Shown here: positions 9,647 to 19,296 of the stretch, in pieces | Layout: every line of letters begins with the position of its first letter | How positions within the stretch are numbered: the stretch's first letter is position 1 | IMG/VR virus record: IMGVR_UViG_3300014658_000002 | Span: 1 to 55,236 of that record | Source of the DNA: a virus | Lineage: Duplodnaviria; Caudoviricetes | DNA length: 55,236 nt | Reading direction: 5' to 3' (one strand) | The notes under the pieces: model-generated | Told to the model about the DNA's origin: nothing | The model's database searches: none | Seen by the model: the letters and a program-made list of their open reading frames with translations, nothing else | Made by a program: the position numbers and the translations under genes

Positions 9647-11095
9647 TCAGTTCTTCCCTACACAGATATAGCTCACTGAATCGGTAGCTCCGGTTGTGGT
9701 CACAGTTAATGTTGTGGTGCTTACCGTTTTAGTCAGCAAACTCGCAAGTGTTGTATCGTCCTGCACGATGCAGACGGGAGCCGTTGCATGTGTTCCCGTA
9801 AACGAATAAGACGCAGTTCCTCCACTTGCTGTGAGAATTCCGGCTAAATCTGTATTCGAGGAGTTTCCTGTGTTTACGCCAGCACTGAATGTTGTTGGAG
9901 CAGCAAAAAGGTTCGGTGCGGAGCCTTCTTGCAGGATGCTGTATAAATTAGGGCCACTTTCGTTTATATGCAAGCACGCAGCTCTTGTTATTGAAGTCCC
10001 GCTTATACCACCAGAACATTCAAATCCGTAAGCATTATCTATATTTCCTCCACCGTAATTTGAAATTCCGTTAACGCGAAAAGCATCCGCTTCGGTGAGA
10101 GTACCACTGCCATTATTATAAACAAATGATTGAATGCCTTGCGCAGTAGGGGAAGTTTCTCCAGAGCTAGGCTCGACTTGTCCACTAGACACTATTCCCC
10201 ATGCGCCTGCTGCGTGTCGTCCGAAAGCGAGAAATTGGCCAGCTTCCGTAATTCCTGAGTCGCTTTGGGATAAAGCATAAAAAGAGTTTATACTGTTTAA
10301 TTCTGCAACTGTATTCGGAGGCTGACCAGAATTGTAAAATCCTTGAGCATTTGGATCAAATAAATATTCAGCAGGACCAAACCAGAAATTATTACCTCCG
10401 AGTTCTCCAGTTTGATTGGTGAAAGCTGAATACCCCCCATCCCCCGCCGCGCCTACATCCGTGTATCCCGTGCCGCATCCCGGCGTAGAAATAGTGGCGA
10501 TGACTCCGGTGGTATTGGTCGTGCTGCCGCCTGCTGCCGTGCGATAGAGCAAACACGAAGTTGCCCCAGTCTGCGTCGGCCATACGACCACATTTCCTTG
10601 ACTGGCTACGGAAAGATCATTCTCTCCGTCCGTGGTTGTTACTGCCGTCGAACCCTGCGTGCTGAGATTGTTAAACAGGGCTTGCAGCACGTAGGTATAA
10701 GTGACCCCTCCACCTGCCGTCTGCGGTGTCACACTTGTAATCGTAGGTTGCGCCAACGGCGTAGAGGAAGGATCAATGTACACGCCTCCCAAGCCTCCTA
10801 CCGTGCCCGTAGACTTGGTGTAAGTCAGTGATGCCGCGCCGTTGAAAGCGGTTGAGTCATTGAACTGCACCTGAGTGTTCGAGCCTCCTGGATTGCCCCC
10901 TCCACCACCGCCAATCGCCCCCCACGTTCCGCTCTGACAAGAATACTGCATCCCCGTGGAGATAACTTGCCTATTTGGCAAACCAGCCGTACAGGCCCCA
11001 GACGGAGTGGCGCTGACCGACACAATGCTTGGGCTCGATACCTGCGCCCAGAGATGGGGCGCAGCCAACATAATCAACCACAGCCACTTACGCAT
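9647..11095 (-). CDS. Signal-peptide-bearing tail-fibre/adhesin-like protein (482 aa)
   Basis: AGGAG RBS before ATG 11095; MRKWLWLIMLAAPHLWA-Q signal-like start; T/S/G-rich beta repeats; several Cys. Confidence 0.65.
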   Translation of the reverse strand: MRKWLWLIMLAAPHLWAQVSSPSIVSVSATPSGACTAGLPNRQVISTGMQYSCQSGTWGAIGGGGGGNPGGSNTQVQFNDSTAFNGAASLTYTKSTGTVGGLGGVYIDPSSTPLAQPTITSVTPQTAGGGVTYTYVLQALFNNLSTQGSTAVTTTDGENDLSVASQGNVVVWPTQTGATSCLLYRTAAGGSTTNTTGVIATISTPGCGTGYTDVGAAGDGGYSAFTNQTGELGGNNFWFGPAEYLFDPNAQGFYNSGQPPNTVAELNSINSFYALSQSDSGITEAGQFLAFGRHAAGAWGIVSSGQVEPSSGETSPTAQGIQSFVYNNGSGTLTEADAFRVNGISNYGGGNIDNAYGFECSGGISGTSITRAACLHINESGPNLYSILQEGSAPNLFAAPTTFSAGVNTGNSSNTDLAGILTASGGTASYSFTGTHATAPVCIVQDDTTLASLLTKTVSTTTLTVTTTGATDSVSYICVGKN

Positions 11096-11097
11096 GA

Positions 11098-11382
11098 TCA
11101 CTCCTGATACATAATGTCGCACTTGTCTCCCGACACAATGTATACAAACCATTCATTCAGGTTTTGCCCTTCATGCTGCGCGGGGCCAAACGTGAGCGAT
11201 CCACCCGCTGCAAGATTGATGCCCTTCGTAGAGCTTGCCGTCGAGTCCCCTACGCGCATTGGGTTGCTTCCATTATTCTGGAAAGTCACCCACTGAAAGG
11301 GGACTGTAGGAATAATGACTGTTGTTCTGGCGACTGCCGGAATCGTTCCCGTTGAAGATGGAGCAAGTTGTATCAGTTGCAT
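11098..11382 (-). CDS. Small beta-rich virion protein (94 aa)
   Basis: Start MQLIQLAP follows the upstream stop; FQNNGSNPMRVGD...GINLAAGGSLTF pattern typical of small phage structural proteins. Confidence 0.6.
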   Translation of the reverse strand: MQLIQLAPSSTGTIPAVARTTVIIPTVPFQWVTFQNNGSNPMRVGDSTASSTKGINLAAGGSLTFGPAQHEGQNLNEWFVYIVSGDKCDIMYQE

Positions 11383-11383
11383 A

Positions 11384-12418
11384 TCAGACCCCGCTTCCTG
11401 AAGGATACCCGCCCAAGTTGACTCGTCCATTCGGCCCCATCGTGGCGTAACTCTCTCCATTTTGCCACTTCCCGGCCTGGTGGACGTGTGTGAAGTTTTC
11501 GCCGTCGAGATTAAGATCAATCGACAACACCTGCCCGAAGTATTCGTAATACTGTTTTTGCGCGAGAGCGGAAAGCAGCGTCATCCCCTTGCCAGAGCCC
11601 GGCACCTTGCTTTCCATCTCCGCAGATTTGTCGAGTAGCAGGATTTCCTTCGCCTTGAACTCCACCATGTTCTCAGTAATTGGAGCTTCGGGATACATGC
11701 TCATCCAGTCGCTCTGCGATTCAGGCAAACATCCGCGGCGGCGATAGGAAAGCGTGTAAGGGCATAGATTTCCCTGCCATGGATACAACTCGAATCGCTG
11801 CCAGCCATACGTCGAACTTCCCTGTCTCTGGTCAATTCCAGCCGGCACAACGTTGGTGGGAATTGACTGGTCCTGTCTCTCGGGATCTAGATTCGCAAGG
11901 TCTGCCCGTGTCAGGCTCCAGAAGTCCAACGTCTGATTGTTGGTGAAGTCCTGAATGGCAATCCACTTGCGCCAGTCCTTTACCGGAGCCACAAAGTAGT
12001 GTTGGTAGATGTAATAGGGCTGCCCCGATCCGCTACCAGGCTCCATCCATGGACGGTCCAGCGTCAACGTCACGAAGCCGGGGTTGATGGTGTTGTAGTC
12101 ATACCCAACAATGTCATAGACAGCAAATGCTGGATTGCGATACTGAAGTTGCGTAATGAATGGCTGGCCGGTGTAGGCAACTAATGCCGCTGTAGCTGTC
12201 GCGTCCGCAATGATCTGATTCGAGTAGGGAGTGGTCGTGAATGTTCCTACCCCGTCAAAGACCATGCCCGGAGCCAGCCATCCCGCAAAGCCCTTTTGGA
12301 AGCTCCAATCTACTTGGTCGTAAATCGCTTCCAAGGCCCGTCTCACGGCTGTCTGGCAACGCGCGAGAGCCATTCCGGGTACGAGTCGGGTTAGGGCAAA
12401 GCTGACATCGTAAAGCAA
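11384..12418 (-). CDS. Head-tail connector/adaptor-like protein
   Basis: N-terminal VRRALEAIYDQVDWSF resembles adaptor family starts; position after capsid accessory genes. Confidence 0.55.
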   Translation of the reverse strand: MLYDVSFALTRLVPGMALARCQTAVRRALEAIYDQVDWSFQKGFAGWLAPGMVFDGVGTFTTTPYSNQIIADATATAALVAYTGQPFITQLQYRNPAFAVYDIVGYDYNTINPGFVTLTLDRPWMEPGSGSGQPYYIYQHYFVAPVKDWRKWIAIQDFTNNQTLDFWSLTRADLANLDPERQDQSIPTNVVPAGIDQRQGSSTYGWQRFELYPWQGNLCPYTLSYRRRGCLPESQSDWMSMYPEAPITENMVEFKAKEILLLDKSAEMESKVPGSGKGMTLLSALAQKQYYEYFGQVLSIDLNLDGENFTHVHQAGKWQNGESYATMGPNGRVNLGGYPSGSGV

Positions 12419-12433
12419 GATTCACGCTCCCAA

Positions 12434-12470
12434 TAAAAAAGCGGGAAGGCGGTTTTCATCCGCCCGCCCG
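12434..12470 (-). terminator. Rho-independent terminator after the capsid operon
   Basis: Minus strand GC-rich hairpin GCGGGCGGGCGG-atgaaaa-CCGCCTTCCCGC followed by T6. Confidence 0.75.
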
Positions 12471-12495
12471 CAAGAGGCCACCCGCGACGACGGCC

Positions 12496-13089
12496 TTACA
12501 AACTCGAAATCACTGCCCCGAACTGCAAAGTCTCTGCGCTCAGATTCACGCCTGTCGGTACTTCCTGTGCGGCAGTAGACATAGTGACAGTCAATGTCGC
12601 TGGCGTACCACCCGGACTGCCGCCAATCGTTGCTGTAGGAGCAGTTGTATAATTCCCGGGATTCGTGATTGTGACCGCTGTCACAGTCGTAGCCGTTACA
12701 GTCACCGTACCTGCTGCGGAACCGCTCGAAAAGGTGATTGGGTAAGTCCCTGCGGTCATCCCCGTTCCTGCGGCGTTCTGCGCAACCTTGACCACACCCG
12801 AAGACCCGCCAATGTTGTTGAAGAACCATCGCGCCGTCCAGCCCGACTGCGAAGGAGCAGGAGCGCCGGCCCGCACAACGTTGTATCCCGCCGCAGTAGG
12901 CTGGAAAGTCACGTCGTAGTTCCCGCTCACAGTCGTAGCCGAAGACGGGAAATTGATGTACTCGTTCGCGCCAGGATTGTAAACAGGATCGCCCGTTGAC
13001 TGCGAATAGGAGGAAGGCCCGGCAGCATAGAGCAATGCCTGCCGGAACTCCCCAACCTGTGCACTCGGATAGACGTAATTCGTATTCAC
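12496..13089 (-). CDS. Capsid decoration/accessory protein
   Basis: Second gene after the capsid gene; T/G-rich module TAVTITNPGNYTTAPTATIGG. Confidence 0.55.
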   Translation of the reverse strand: MNTNYVYPSAQVGEFRQALLYAAGPSSYSQSTGDPVYNPGANEYINFPSSATTVSGNYDVTFQPTAAGYNVVRAGAPAPSQSGWTARWFFNNIGGSSGVVKVAQNAAGTGMTAGTYPITFSSGSAAGTVTVTATTVTAVTITNPGNYTTAPTATIGGSPGGTPATLTVTMSTAAQEVPTGVNLSAETLQFGAVISSL

Positions 13090-13098
13090 GCTTGCTCC

Positions 13099-13959
13099 TT
13101 ATCCCTGCTCAACCGGCAAACGCAGGCGAACACGAGTGAGTGAAGTGGCGGCGGCGATGTCGATGGTGTAGCCGATGAAGCCAGCCACCGGAGCCGTTGC
13201 GCTGGTCGTGGTCGTAACTGCCGCCGCTGTCGCCGATGTTGCCACCGAACCTGAAGCTGTGGCGGTTGCCGTGGTCACATAGAGAGGCGCATCGCCAAGC
13301 TCCTGAATCAGAATCCAAGCCCCTGCGGTGATCTGAGCGGCGGTCAGAGTGGTGAGAGCGATACCGCGCACATCCACAAGGTTCGCCGAGGACGAATCAA
13401 AGGAACTGATGAAGTTCGGGCTGGAATGCTGTTGCGCCACCAGTGACCCACCGGAGCCAGTAGACAACACGCTCGACAGCGTGAAGGTCGGGACGGAGGT
13501 CATATTCGCGCCGGGGAACGTCACCTGAGCCGCGGTGATGACGCCTGCGGATAGAGTGATGTTCACGGTTGCGGCAGTGCCGCCGGCAGCCGATGAATTG
13601 ATGGAGACGGTGCCACTGGTCGCCCCAGTTGCGGTGATGACATAACCAGTGCCTCCCGCGGCGACAATGGCGTTGTCAATGTAGGTCCCCAGACCGTAAC
13701 CAACCGGGTACCCAAAGCCAAAGTTTGAGTAGGTGGCGTTCGAAGAGACGCGGACGAAGCGATAGCGGCCCGGATAGAGCTTCGCGCCAAACTGAATGTT
13801 CCACTCAGCCGCTTCCTCGGCCCTCAGATCGACGTAATCGCCTTCATGTAGAGCGCCGCCAAGATACGTCTGATTGGTGATAGGGCTCTGCATCCCTGTG
13901 GGAGAGGTATAGACCGCGAACGGCCCAAGATAGAGTGAGGTATACGGAACCTGTGCCAT
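13099..13959 (-). CDS. Capsid decoration/cement-like protein
   Basis: Immediately follows the capsid gene; YRFVR motif and C-terminal GAWILIQELG/IGYTI segments; T/A/G-rich insert. Confidence 0.55.
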   Translation of the reverse strand: MAQVPYTSLYLGPFAVYTSPTGMQSPITNQTYLGGALHEGDYVDLRAEEAAEWNIQFGAKLYPGRYRFVRVSSNATYSNFGFGYPVGYGLGTYIDNAIVAAGGTGYVITATGATSGTVSINSSAAGGTAATVNITLSAGVITAAQVTFPGANMTSVPTFTLSSVLSTGSGGSLVAQQHSSPNFISSFDSSSANLVDVRGIALTTLTAAQITAGAWILIQELGDAPLYVTTATATASGSVATSATAAAVTTTTSATAPVAGFIGYTIDIAAATSLTRVRLRLPVEQG

Positions 13960-13960
13960 A

Positions 13961-15241
13961 TTACTGACCTACCCCCTTGAATCCGAAGAGCGGCAGACCA
14001 TGTGTCGGCTGATCTCCGAAGATGTTGGTTGCATACCGCAGATACCGAATCGCCGAAGTAATGTTGTTCGGAATCCGGTTTTCGTCAAAGTCCATTGCCC
14101 AGCCCGAGCCCGGCTTCGGCTTCAAAGCCACCAGCGAGTACGGATCGATGAACCAGAGGCATTCACCCGGGTTGATGGTTGTTGCCGAAGGAATGTTTGA
14201 ACCGGTCGGTGAAAGCGTTCCGGCGCTGACGGCCACGCCATTCAGCTTGTACGTAGGAGTCAGGAACGGGGTGAGCTGAGTGGTTCCGCCTACGCCGTCG
14301 TAGAACTTGGCCGTGCTGGTGGTCCCGAAAGCTCCGGGGTTACCGCCAGGTAATGTCTGCCAAGCCGCGCTCGACGGTGCCAAAGGATCGGCGTGAATCT
14401 TGCAGCCGTTGAAGTCCACCGAGGGCCAGCCGAAGTCCGTGCCTTCCTTCACTTCCAACTGAAGAACCACGGCCTGCTGACGGAATGCCAGAGCGATGGC
14501 GCCCCACCCGTAGAAACTGGTGAATCCCACGCGAGCCTTTGCGCCCAAGGTGCCGAGACGGGCATTGGCGAGCAGGAAGTGAGAATAGTTGATTGATCCA
14601 GCCGCGCCGGTGGGTGTGCCGCAGAAGTACGGCGTCGAGTTGTATGCCTGACCCACCACGCCATTGCGCGTAATGCCGCCTGTCAACTGGAAGTAGTTGC
14701 CGAAGGGGGAGGGATCGATGCCATTGTTGAAGATTTCCTCAAACCCGTTCATCGCCAAGTGTCGGTCGGTCGAAACTCCGGCAGTCGATGAACCCGGAGC
14801 GCCGCCAGAGTTCCACTGGCCATGCTGATACGCCTGCATCTCGACCATTGACTCCAAACGCTGCGTCATGCAGTAGTTGTCAATCAATTCCTGATCGGCA
14901 ACCTGCGTCTCTCCCGGAGCGTTGTAGAGCTTGTACTCGGTCGGCTCCACGGTCAGACCCGAAGCCATGAAACGGATGTCGTACAGAGTGTCCGTCACAC
15001 GCTGCTTGTTGGTCGGGTTGATGATCGCGCCAGGCTCGGTGGCGTAGCCGTCCGTGTAGTCGTAGATGCCCGGAGTCCGAACGCCCGTTCCCTGGAAGTC
15101 GAGGTCGATAATGCCTGCCTCGCGCAAAAGGGTCATCAGTGGATAGTTCGTGCCGAACCAGTCAATCACGGTGCCCTTGCGGATCATTTCCCGCGAGACT
15201 GCATCGCGAACATTGTAGGATGGGTCATTCGGGTAAGGCAT
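13961..15241 (-). CDS. Major capsid protein
   Basis: 426 aa, follows the scaffold-like gene, GC3-biased codons, pattern (NYPLMTLL...MNGFEEI...FNGCKIHADP) compatible with HK97-fold capsids. Confidence 0.75.
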   Translation of the reverse strand: MPYPNDPSYNVRDAVSREMIRKGTVIDWFGTNYPLMTLLREAGIIDLDFQGTGVRTPGIYDYTDGYATEPGAIINPTNKQRVTDTLYDIRFMASGLTVEPTEYKLYNAPGETQVADQELIDNYCMTQRLESMVEMQAYQHGQWNSGGAPGSSTAGVSTDRHLAMNGFEEIFNNGIDPSPFGNYFQLTGGITRNGVVGQAYNSTPYFCGTPTGAAGSINYSHFLLANARLGTLGAKARVGFTSFYGWGAIALAFRQQAVVLQLEVKEGTDFGWPSVDFNGCKIHADPLAPSSAAWQTLPGGNPGAFGTTSTAKFYDGVGGTTQLTPFLTPTYKLNGVAVSAGTLSPTGSNIPSATTINPGECLWFIDPYSLVALKPKPGSGWAMDFDENRIPNNITSAIRYLRYATNIFGDQPTHGLPLFGFKGVGQ

Positions 15242-15260
15242 AGTTGAAATTCACCCTTTC

Positions 15261-16076
15261 TTAGGCGGCGTTCATCCGCGTTTTGACTTCACTCTGTACG
15301 CGATCTCGTGCCATGCGAATCTTTTCCATCGGCGACTTGCCAGCCATTTCACGTACACCGGCAGCGTCGGAAGGCTTGGGAATGTTGGGATAGTTCGACG
15401 GAACTCCAGGTCCAAGCTCGGGATGGCCGTTCGTCACCGGATGCGCGGCCTTCCATTCTTCGAGTTTGGTGGCCGCATAATTGTCCAGCCTTTTCTGCTC
15501 GGTGGCGGCGGTCAATTCCTTTTCCTTGGCGCTGACATGGTAGGTCTGCTCCATGTAGTCGCGCACAGTGAGACGGGCCTTCATGGCGCGGTCGGCAATG
15601 GTTGCGGGATCTTCAGGAACTGCCGACTGGAACACGCGCTGATAGCGGTTCATCTCGTTCATGGTCTGGCCCATCATGCCAATACCGTTCATGATGGTTT
15701 CCTCAAGCTGCTTCACCGGGTCTTTGGGTGTTGGCCCCTGATTCACCTTGGGCAGTTCGGGAATGTTCAAGCCGGTGAACCCCGCCTTCTTGATTTCATC
15801 GATTGCGGCATCCCTTGCGGCAAGAGCGGCGGTCAACGCAGCGTTATTTGCTTGCAACTGCGTGATGTTCGCTTCGGTGAGGCCGGATGCCTGAATGTTC
15901 TGATCGATTACCCGCTGAAGCCCCTGCGCATCCTGCAACTGCTTCTGCGCATCGGCGAGCTTCGTCTGCGCGTCGGTTTCAAGCGCGGAAAGTTTGTCAT
16001 TCCAAGTCTTGAGTACGGCGGTTTTCGCGGGATCAACTGTGACGCCAAGTTCTGCAAGGATTTCGTCTACTCTCAT
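15261..16076 (-). CDS. Capsid scaffolding protein
   Basis: Coiled-coil-rich 271 aa directly upstream of the capsid gene; AGGAG RBS. Confidence 0.65.
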   Translation of the reverse strand: MRVDEILAELGVTVDPAKTAVLKTWNDKLSALETDAQTKLADAQKQLQDAQGLQRVIDQNIQASGLTEANITQLQANNAALTAALAARDAAIDEIKKAGFTGLNIPELPKVNQGPTPKDPVKQLEETIMNGIGMMGQTMNEMNRYQRVFQSAVPEDPATIADRAMKARLTVRDYMEQTYHVSAKEKELTAATEQKRLDNYAATKLEEWKAAHPVTNGHPELGPGVPSNYPNIPKPSDAAGVREMAGKSPMEKIRMARDRVQSEVKTRMNAA

Positions 16077-16085
16077 GTTATTCTC

Positions 16086-16334
16086 CTATTGCTGCGGAGG
16101 CGCGGATGGTTGCTGCGGCTGCATAGTCGCCTGCGAACTCATCTGAATCGCCTGCACGATGGATTGAACTGCCTGATTGAGAGGTTCCTGAACGGAAGTG
16201 TTATCAGCTGCTAGCTTTTTGATGAGCATCGCAATCTTGCCCAGCGTTGTCTGAAGCGGATTCGCTTGAGACGCACCAGCATCGGCCCCTGGTTGAGGAG
16301 CCGATGCCTGCGGATTTGCCATTGAAGTAGCCAT
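16086..16334 (-). CDS. Small Gln/Pro-rich head-assembly protein
   Basis: Between portal and scaffold; amphipathic core with Q/P termini. Confidence 0.6.
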   Translation of the reverse strand: MATSMANPQASAPQPGADAGASQANPLQTTLGKIAMLIKKLAADNTSVQEPLNQAVQSIVQAIQMSSQATMQPQQPSAPPQQ

Positions 16335-16340
16335 GTTTGA

Positions 16341-16454
16341 CTACTTATTACCCCGGTGCTTGCCACGACCGCCCTTTTTCGCGGCCTTGCGGCGCTTGGC
16401 CTTGCCTTCGTGACTGACGCCCTTGATTTCCATTCCGTGCTTGCGCTTTGCCAT
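16341..16454 (-). CDS. 37-aa very basic peptide (MAKRKHGMEIKGVSHEGKAKRRKAAKKGGRGKHRGNK), not in ORF track
   Basis: AAAGGAG RBS, ATG at 16454, stop at 16341; first ORF behind the 16578-16606 promoter. Confidence 0.75.
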   Translation of the reverse strand: MAKRKHGMEIKGVSHEGKAKRRKAAKKGGRGKHRGNK

Positions 16455-16577
16455 GATGATCTCCTTTGGTTGGATTTCGCCCTAAACGAGAAACAGCCTC
16501 AAAGCTGTTTCGCCTTGAGGCCGTTCCGATCTCCAAAGGAGTGGATTGGAATCTCGAATTCAGTAATCTAAAAACAG

Positions 16578-16606
16578 ACGTTACGCCGCATCCGGTTTCA
16601 TGTCAA
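16578..16606 (-). promoter_or_regulatory. Sigma70-like promoter for the head operon
   Basis: TTGACA-N17-TAACGT on the minus strand. Confidence 0.65.
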
Positions 16607-16892
16607 GCGAATTCGTCAAACAAAAAACGGAATCCGTCAATTCGTCCATTTCCGAACCTATTCTGACGCGCCCATTCTGTTCAGTCAGGACCTGGGTCAC
16701 ACCGCCCTGATTCATGTTGACGTTGACTTTGCCCGTCACCTTTCCCCGATGAACCTGCGACTGGATATAGGCGATGGCTTCAGGTATGCGGTCCTTGTTT
16801 CTGAGGGCGATGGTTTCACGATAGGAGACAAATTTCTCCCGTTTTATGACTTCAATCCCCAACTCTTTTTCGATCTCTGTACGGGTGTCCAT
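16581..16892 (-). CDS. Hypothetical protein
   Basis: AAGGAG RBS before MDTRTEIEK. Confidence 0.6.
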   Translation of the reverse strand: MDTRTEIEKELGIEVIKREKFVSYRETIALRNKDRIPEAIAYIQSQVHRGKVTGKVNVNMNQGGVTQVLTEQNGRVRIGSEMDELTDSVFCLTNSLDMKPDAA

Positions 16893-16909
16893 TCTTGTCT
16901 CCTTGTACG

Positions 16910-17167
16910 CTATTGCATTCCGTTCCAAAATTGAATGGCCTGTTCTTTAGACCATCCCGGCTCAGGAATCTTCAATGTCATTTTTGATGATCTGGCAACC
17001 GGACAAACTGGACAGGTAGAACCGCTGTCACTTGGCAAATATGCATTTCTGCACGTAACCCAATGATTCCCGAGTCCATCGGAGCAAAGCAATGGATTTT
17101 CTTTGCACCAAGGGCACGGTTTTAATTCGTTGCATTCTTCTTCTCTGTGCATTTTATTCACACTCAC
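16910..17167 (-). CDS. Lar-like zinc-finger protein
   Basis: ELKPCPWC...C...CPVC...AIQFWN matches the Lar (restriction alleviation) family pattern. Confidence 0.6.
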   Translation of the reverse strand: MSVNKMHREEECNELKPCPWCKENPLLCSDGLGNHWVTCRNAYLPSDSGSTCPVCPVARSSKMTLKIPEPGWSKEQAIQFWNGMQ

Positions 17168-19209
17168 GAACTCTTGTTTGTCACCCTTACTTGTCCCGAT
17201 TGCGAACCCTTCATGCTGGGCTGATTTCCTTTTTGGTGCGTCTGTTTTCGTCCTCCACCCTTACCCTGTCCAGGTCCACCTTGAGGCTGCTCGGGGGGAT
17301 GCAAACCTAATGCCTGTTGTTTCCGTGCAAGCGTTGCAGCAACGTCAAGTTTCCATTCTTCATCTGCCAACTGCTCTTCCTTCCACTTGTCATGTCGCAC
17401 TTGATAGTCCGGCACGCCAATCTTTTCCATCGTGGTTTCAATATCGATGGGAACTTTTTGTTGCAACAACAGCATCTGGGTCATGCGTTCCTGGATGTGG
17501 GTAACGTTGAGCAACTGCGCTGGCGTGTTGATTACTTTGAGTCTCTCGCAGAACCAACGTGCTCTATCCAGCCGGTCGTGAGCGCTGATATGGCTCTGAT
17601 CTTCGCCGGGAAGATGCGAAGGAACAAGGGAGTTCGGGTCGTTATCGAACGTCTCCACTCCTACGCTTTCCGGCCCGATCATGTCCATAAGCATCTGAGG
17701 AGTGAAGTACTGAGCAATGTTGAACTTCAGCATGTTGGCGTCTTTGGAGTTCGCCACCCACTGATTCAACGCAATGCCCTTTGCCACCGGACCAAGATTC
17801 TCAACCATCTTGTCGAAAGCCTGGTCGGACATATTGCCCTTGACTTCACGCATGGACGAAATATCCGTCAAGCCTAGAGCGCCCTTGATTGCCGCTCCGA
17901 GCATGTCCACACCCTTGAAGTCCTTCTCGTCTACATCGACTTCTGGGGGAAGCAGAGATTTAGTCCACTTCGAAGGATCTCCCTTGCCTCCTACTCTGAC
18001 ACCCTGAGCATGGAGCAAGTCGAGCTTGTCCATCTGCGTTCGAGACACGCCGGTGGATACGTCTGTGCCAAGCGGAGGGTCTTTCCTCACAGACAGAACG
18101 GTATTGATGTCCGAGAGCCTGTCACGCCGCGCCACTTCCAAGCCCTTGACGCCAGCCACGATGGAGTATCCCATCGGTGACCATACCCAATCATTCACGT
18201 CATGCTGCGTCACCGGAATCATGCCGTGCATGTCCCAAGCTGTATCGTCATAGAGCGGAACCGGGCAGGACGGGGAAGTGATGACAAGCCGCAATCGGGG
18301 ATACATCTTGCAATCGTCCACCTCCGCTTTGCGTGAGCGGGGAAGACCGGTATCGGGATCGACGGTAACAATCAGATCTCCGACCGTGGGAACCTTGTAT
18401 CCCCACGTCGAGCCGTCAATGCCCATCTGCTGCGTGTAACCGGTGTCATTGACTCGCAGATCGTGGATGAAGTGATACCGGATTTCACAGTACTTCTCGA
18501 CCCAGTCCGAGTTGTTTGACCCACCAAAGCGCCAGCGGTCGTAGAACTCATACCGTCTGAGCATGTTCTGTGTGACATTGACCCCGGAGCGGGAATACTG
18601 AGAAATTGGAGTAAGCCACTGCTGGAATTTATCGAACCTTGCGTGAGCCTCGGCCAAACCCATTGGAAAGACGATTGTGCCGGCGTACCCATCATCGAGG
18701 TCGGCATTGTGGGGAAGTTGGTCAGGAAGGAACTCTCTCGGACCTAGAGCCTCAAACTTGATCTTTGCTGGCCCACTGCCATGCCACGGACGGGAGAACT
18801 TCTGCCACTTGTACCCTCTGCCAAGCATGGCCCACTGCAAAGCCTTGCGGGTGCTGGGAACGTAGAGCGAGTCCCAGAACACGAACTTGAAAACATCGTT
18901 GTAGAGAGCGACCGTCTTCTTGGACTGCTCGGCCTTGGACCCCATCGTAGCAATCTGGCGAAGGTCGGTAATCGTCTCGACGAATGAGCGGATGTCTGGC
19001 TGGAGAAGATTGGAGGGCATGTCCCGGTCCTGGCCGGTGCCCATCAAAAGTTGAATGTCGTTGGTCAGGTTTGCAATGCCGGGCTGGTTCTGGACCCAGT
19101 TATCTCCCTGAGATGTCAAATCTGAGAACCAGCCAGCTATTAAAGAGCCTGAAGCCTCTCGCGGAGGAGCCTGCCAACTTATTACTCGATCACTTTCGCC
19201 GTAAAGCAT
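17164..19209 (-). CDS. Portal protein
   Basis: 681 aa, between terminase and scaffold/capsid; G/Q/K-rich flexible C-terminus as in P22-like portals. Confidence 0.75.
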   Translation of the reverse strand: MLYGESDRVISWQAPPREASGSLIAGWFSDLTSQGDNWVQNQPGIANLTNDIQLLMGTGQDRDMPSNLLQPDIRSFVETITDLRQIATMGSKAEQSKKTVALYNDVFKFVFWDSLYVPSTRKALQWAMLGRGYKWQKFSRPWHGSGPAKIKFEALGPREFLPDQLPHNADLDDGYAGTIVFPMGLAEAHARFDKFQQWLTPISQYSRSGVNVTQNMLRRYEFYDRWRFGGSNNSDWVEKYCEIRYHFIHDLRVNDTGYTQQMGIDGSTWGYKVPTVGDLIVTVDPDTGLPRSRKAEVDDCKMYPRLRLVITSPSCPVPLYDDTAWDMHGMIPVTQHDVNDWVWSPMGYSIVAGVKGLEVARRDRLSDINTVLSVRKDPPLGTDVSTGVSRTQMDKLDLLHAQGVRVGGKGDPSKWTKSLLPPEVDVDEKDFKGVDMLGAAIKGALGLTDISSMREVKGNMSDQAFDKMVENLGPVAKGIALNQWVANSKDANMLKFNIAQYFTPQMLMDMIGPESVGVETFDNDPNSLVPSHLPGEDQSHISAHDRLDRARWFCERLKVINTPAQLLNVTHIQERMTQMLLLQQKVPIDIETTMEKIGVPDYQVRHDKWKEEQLADEEWKLDVAATLARKQQALGLHPPEQPQGGPGQGKGGGRKQTHQKGNQPSMKGSQSGQVRVTNKSS

Positions 19210-19232
19210 CGACTCTCCAGAGACGCATGGGT

Positions 19233-19267
19233 TATAATGGAGTTGTCGGATGTTCGTCGCATCCGGC
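19233..19267 (+). promoter_or_regulatory. -10 box and leader hairpin of the endonuclease gene
   Basis: TATAAT at 19233-19238; hairpin GTCGGATG-TTCGTCG-CATCCGGC at 19245-19267. Confidence 0.5.
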
Positions 19268-19296
19268 CAAGACCCTACACGGAGGAAAGTCCGCGC

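Noticed and set aside
19281-19296. GAGGAAAGTCC resembling the RNase P RNA conserved motif
   Set aside because: No other RNase P elements seen; it is the RBS of the endonuclease gene
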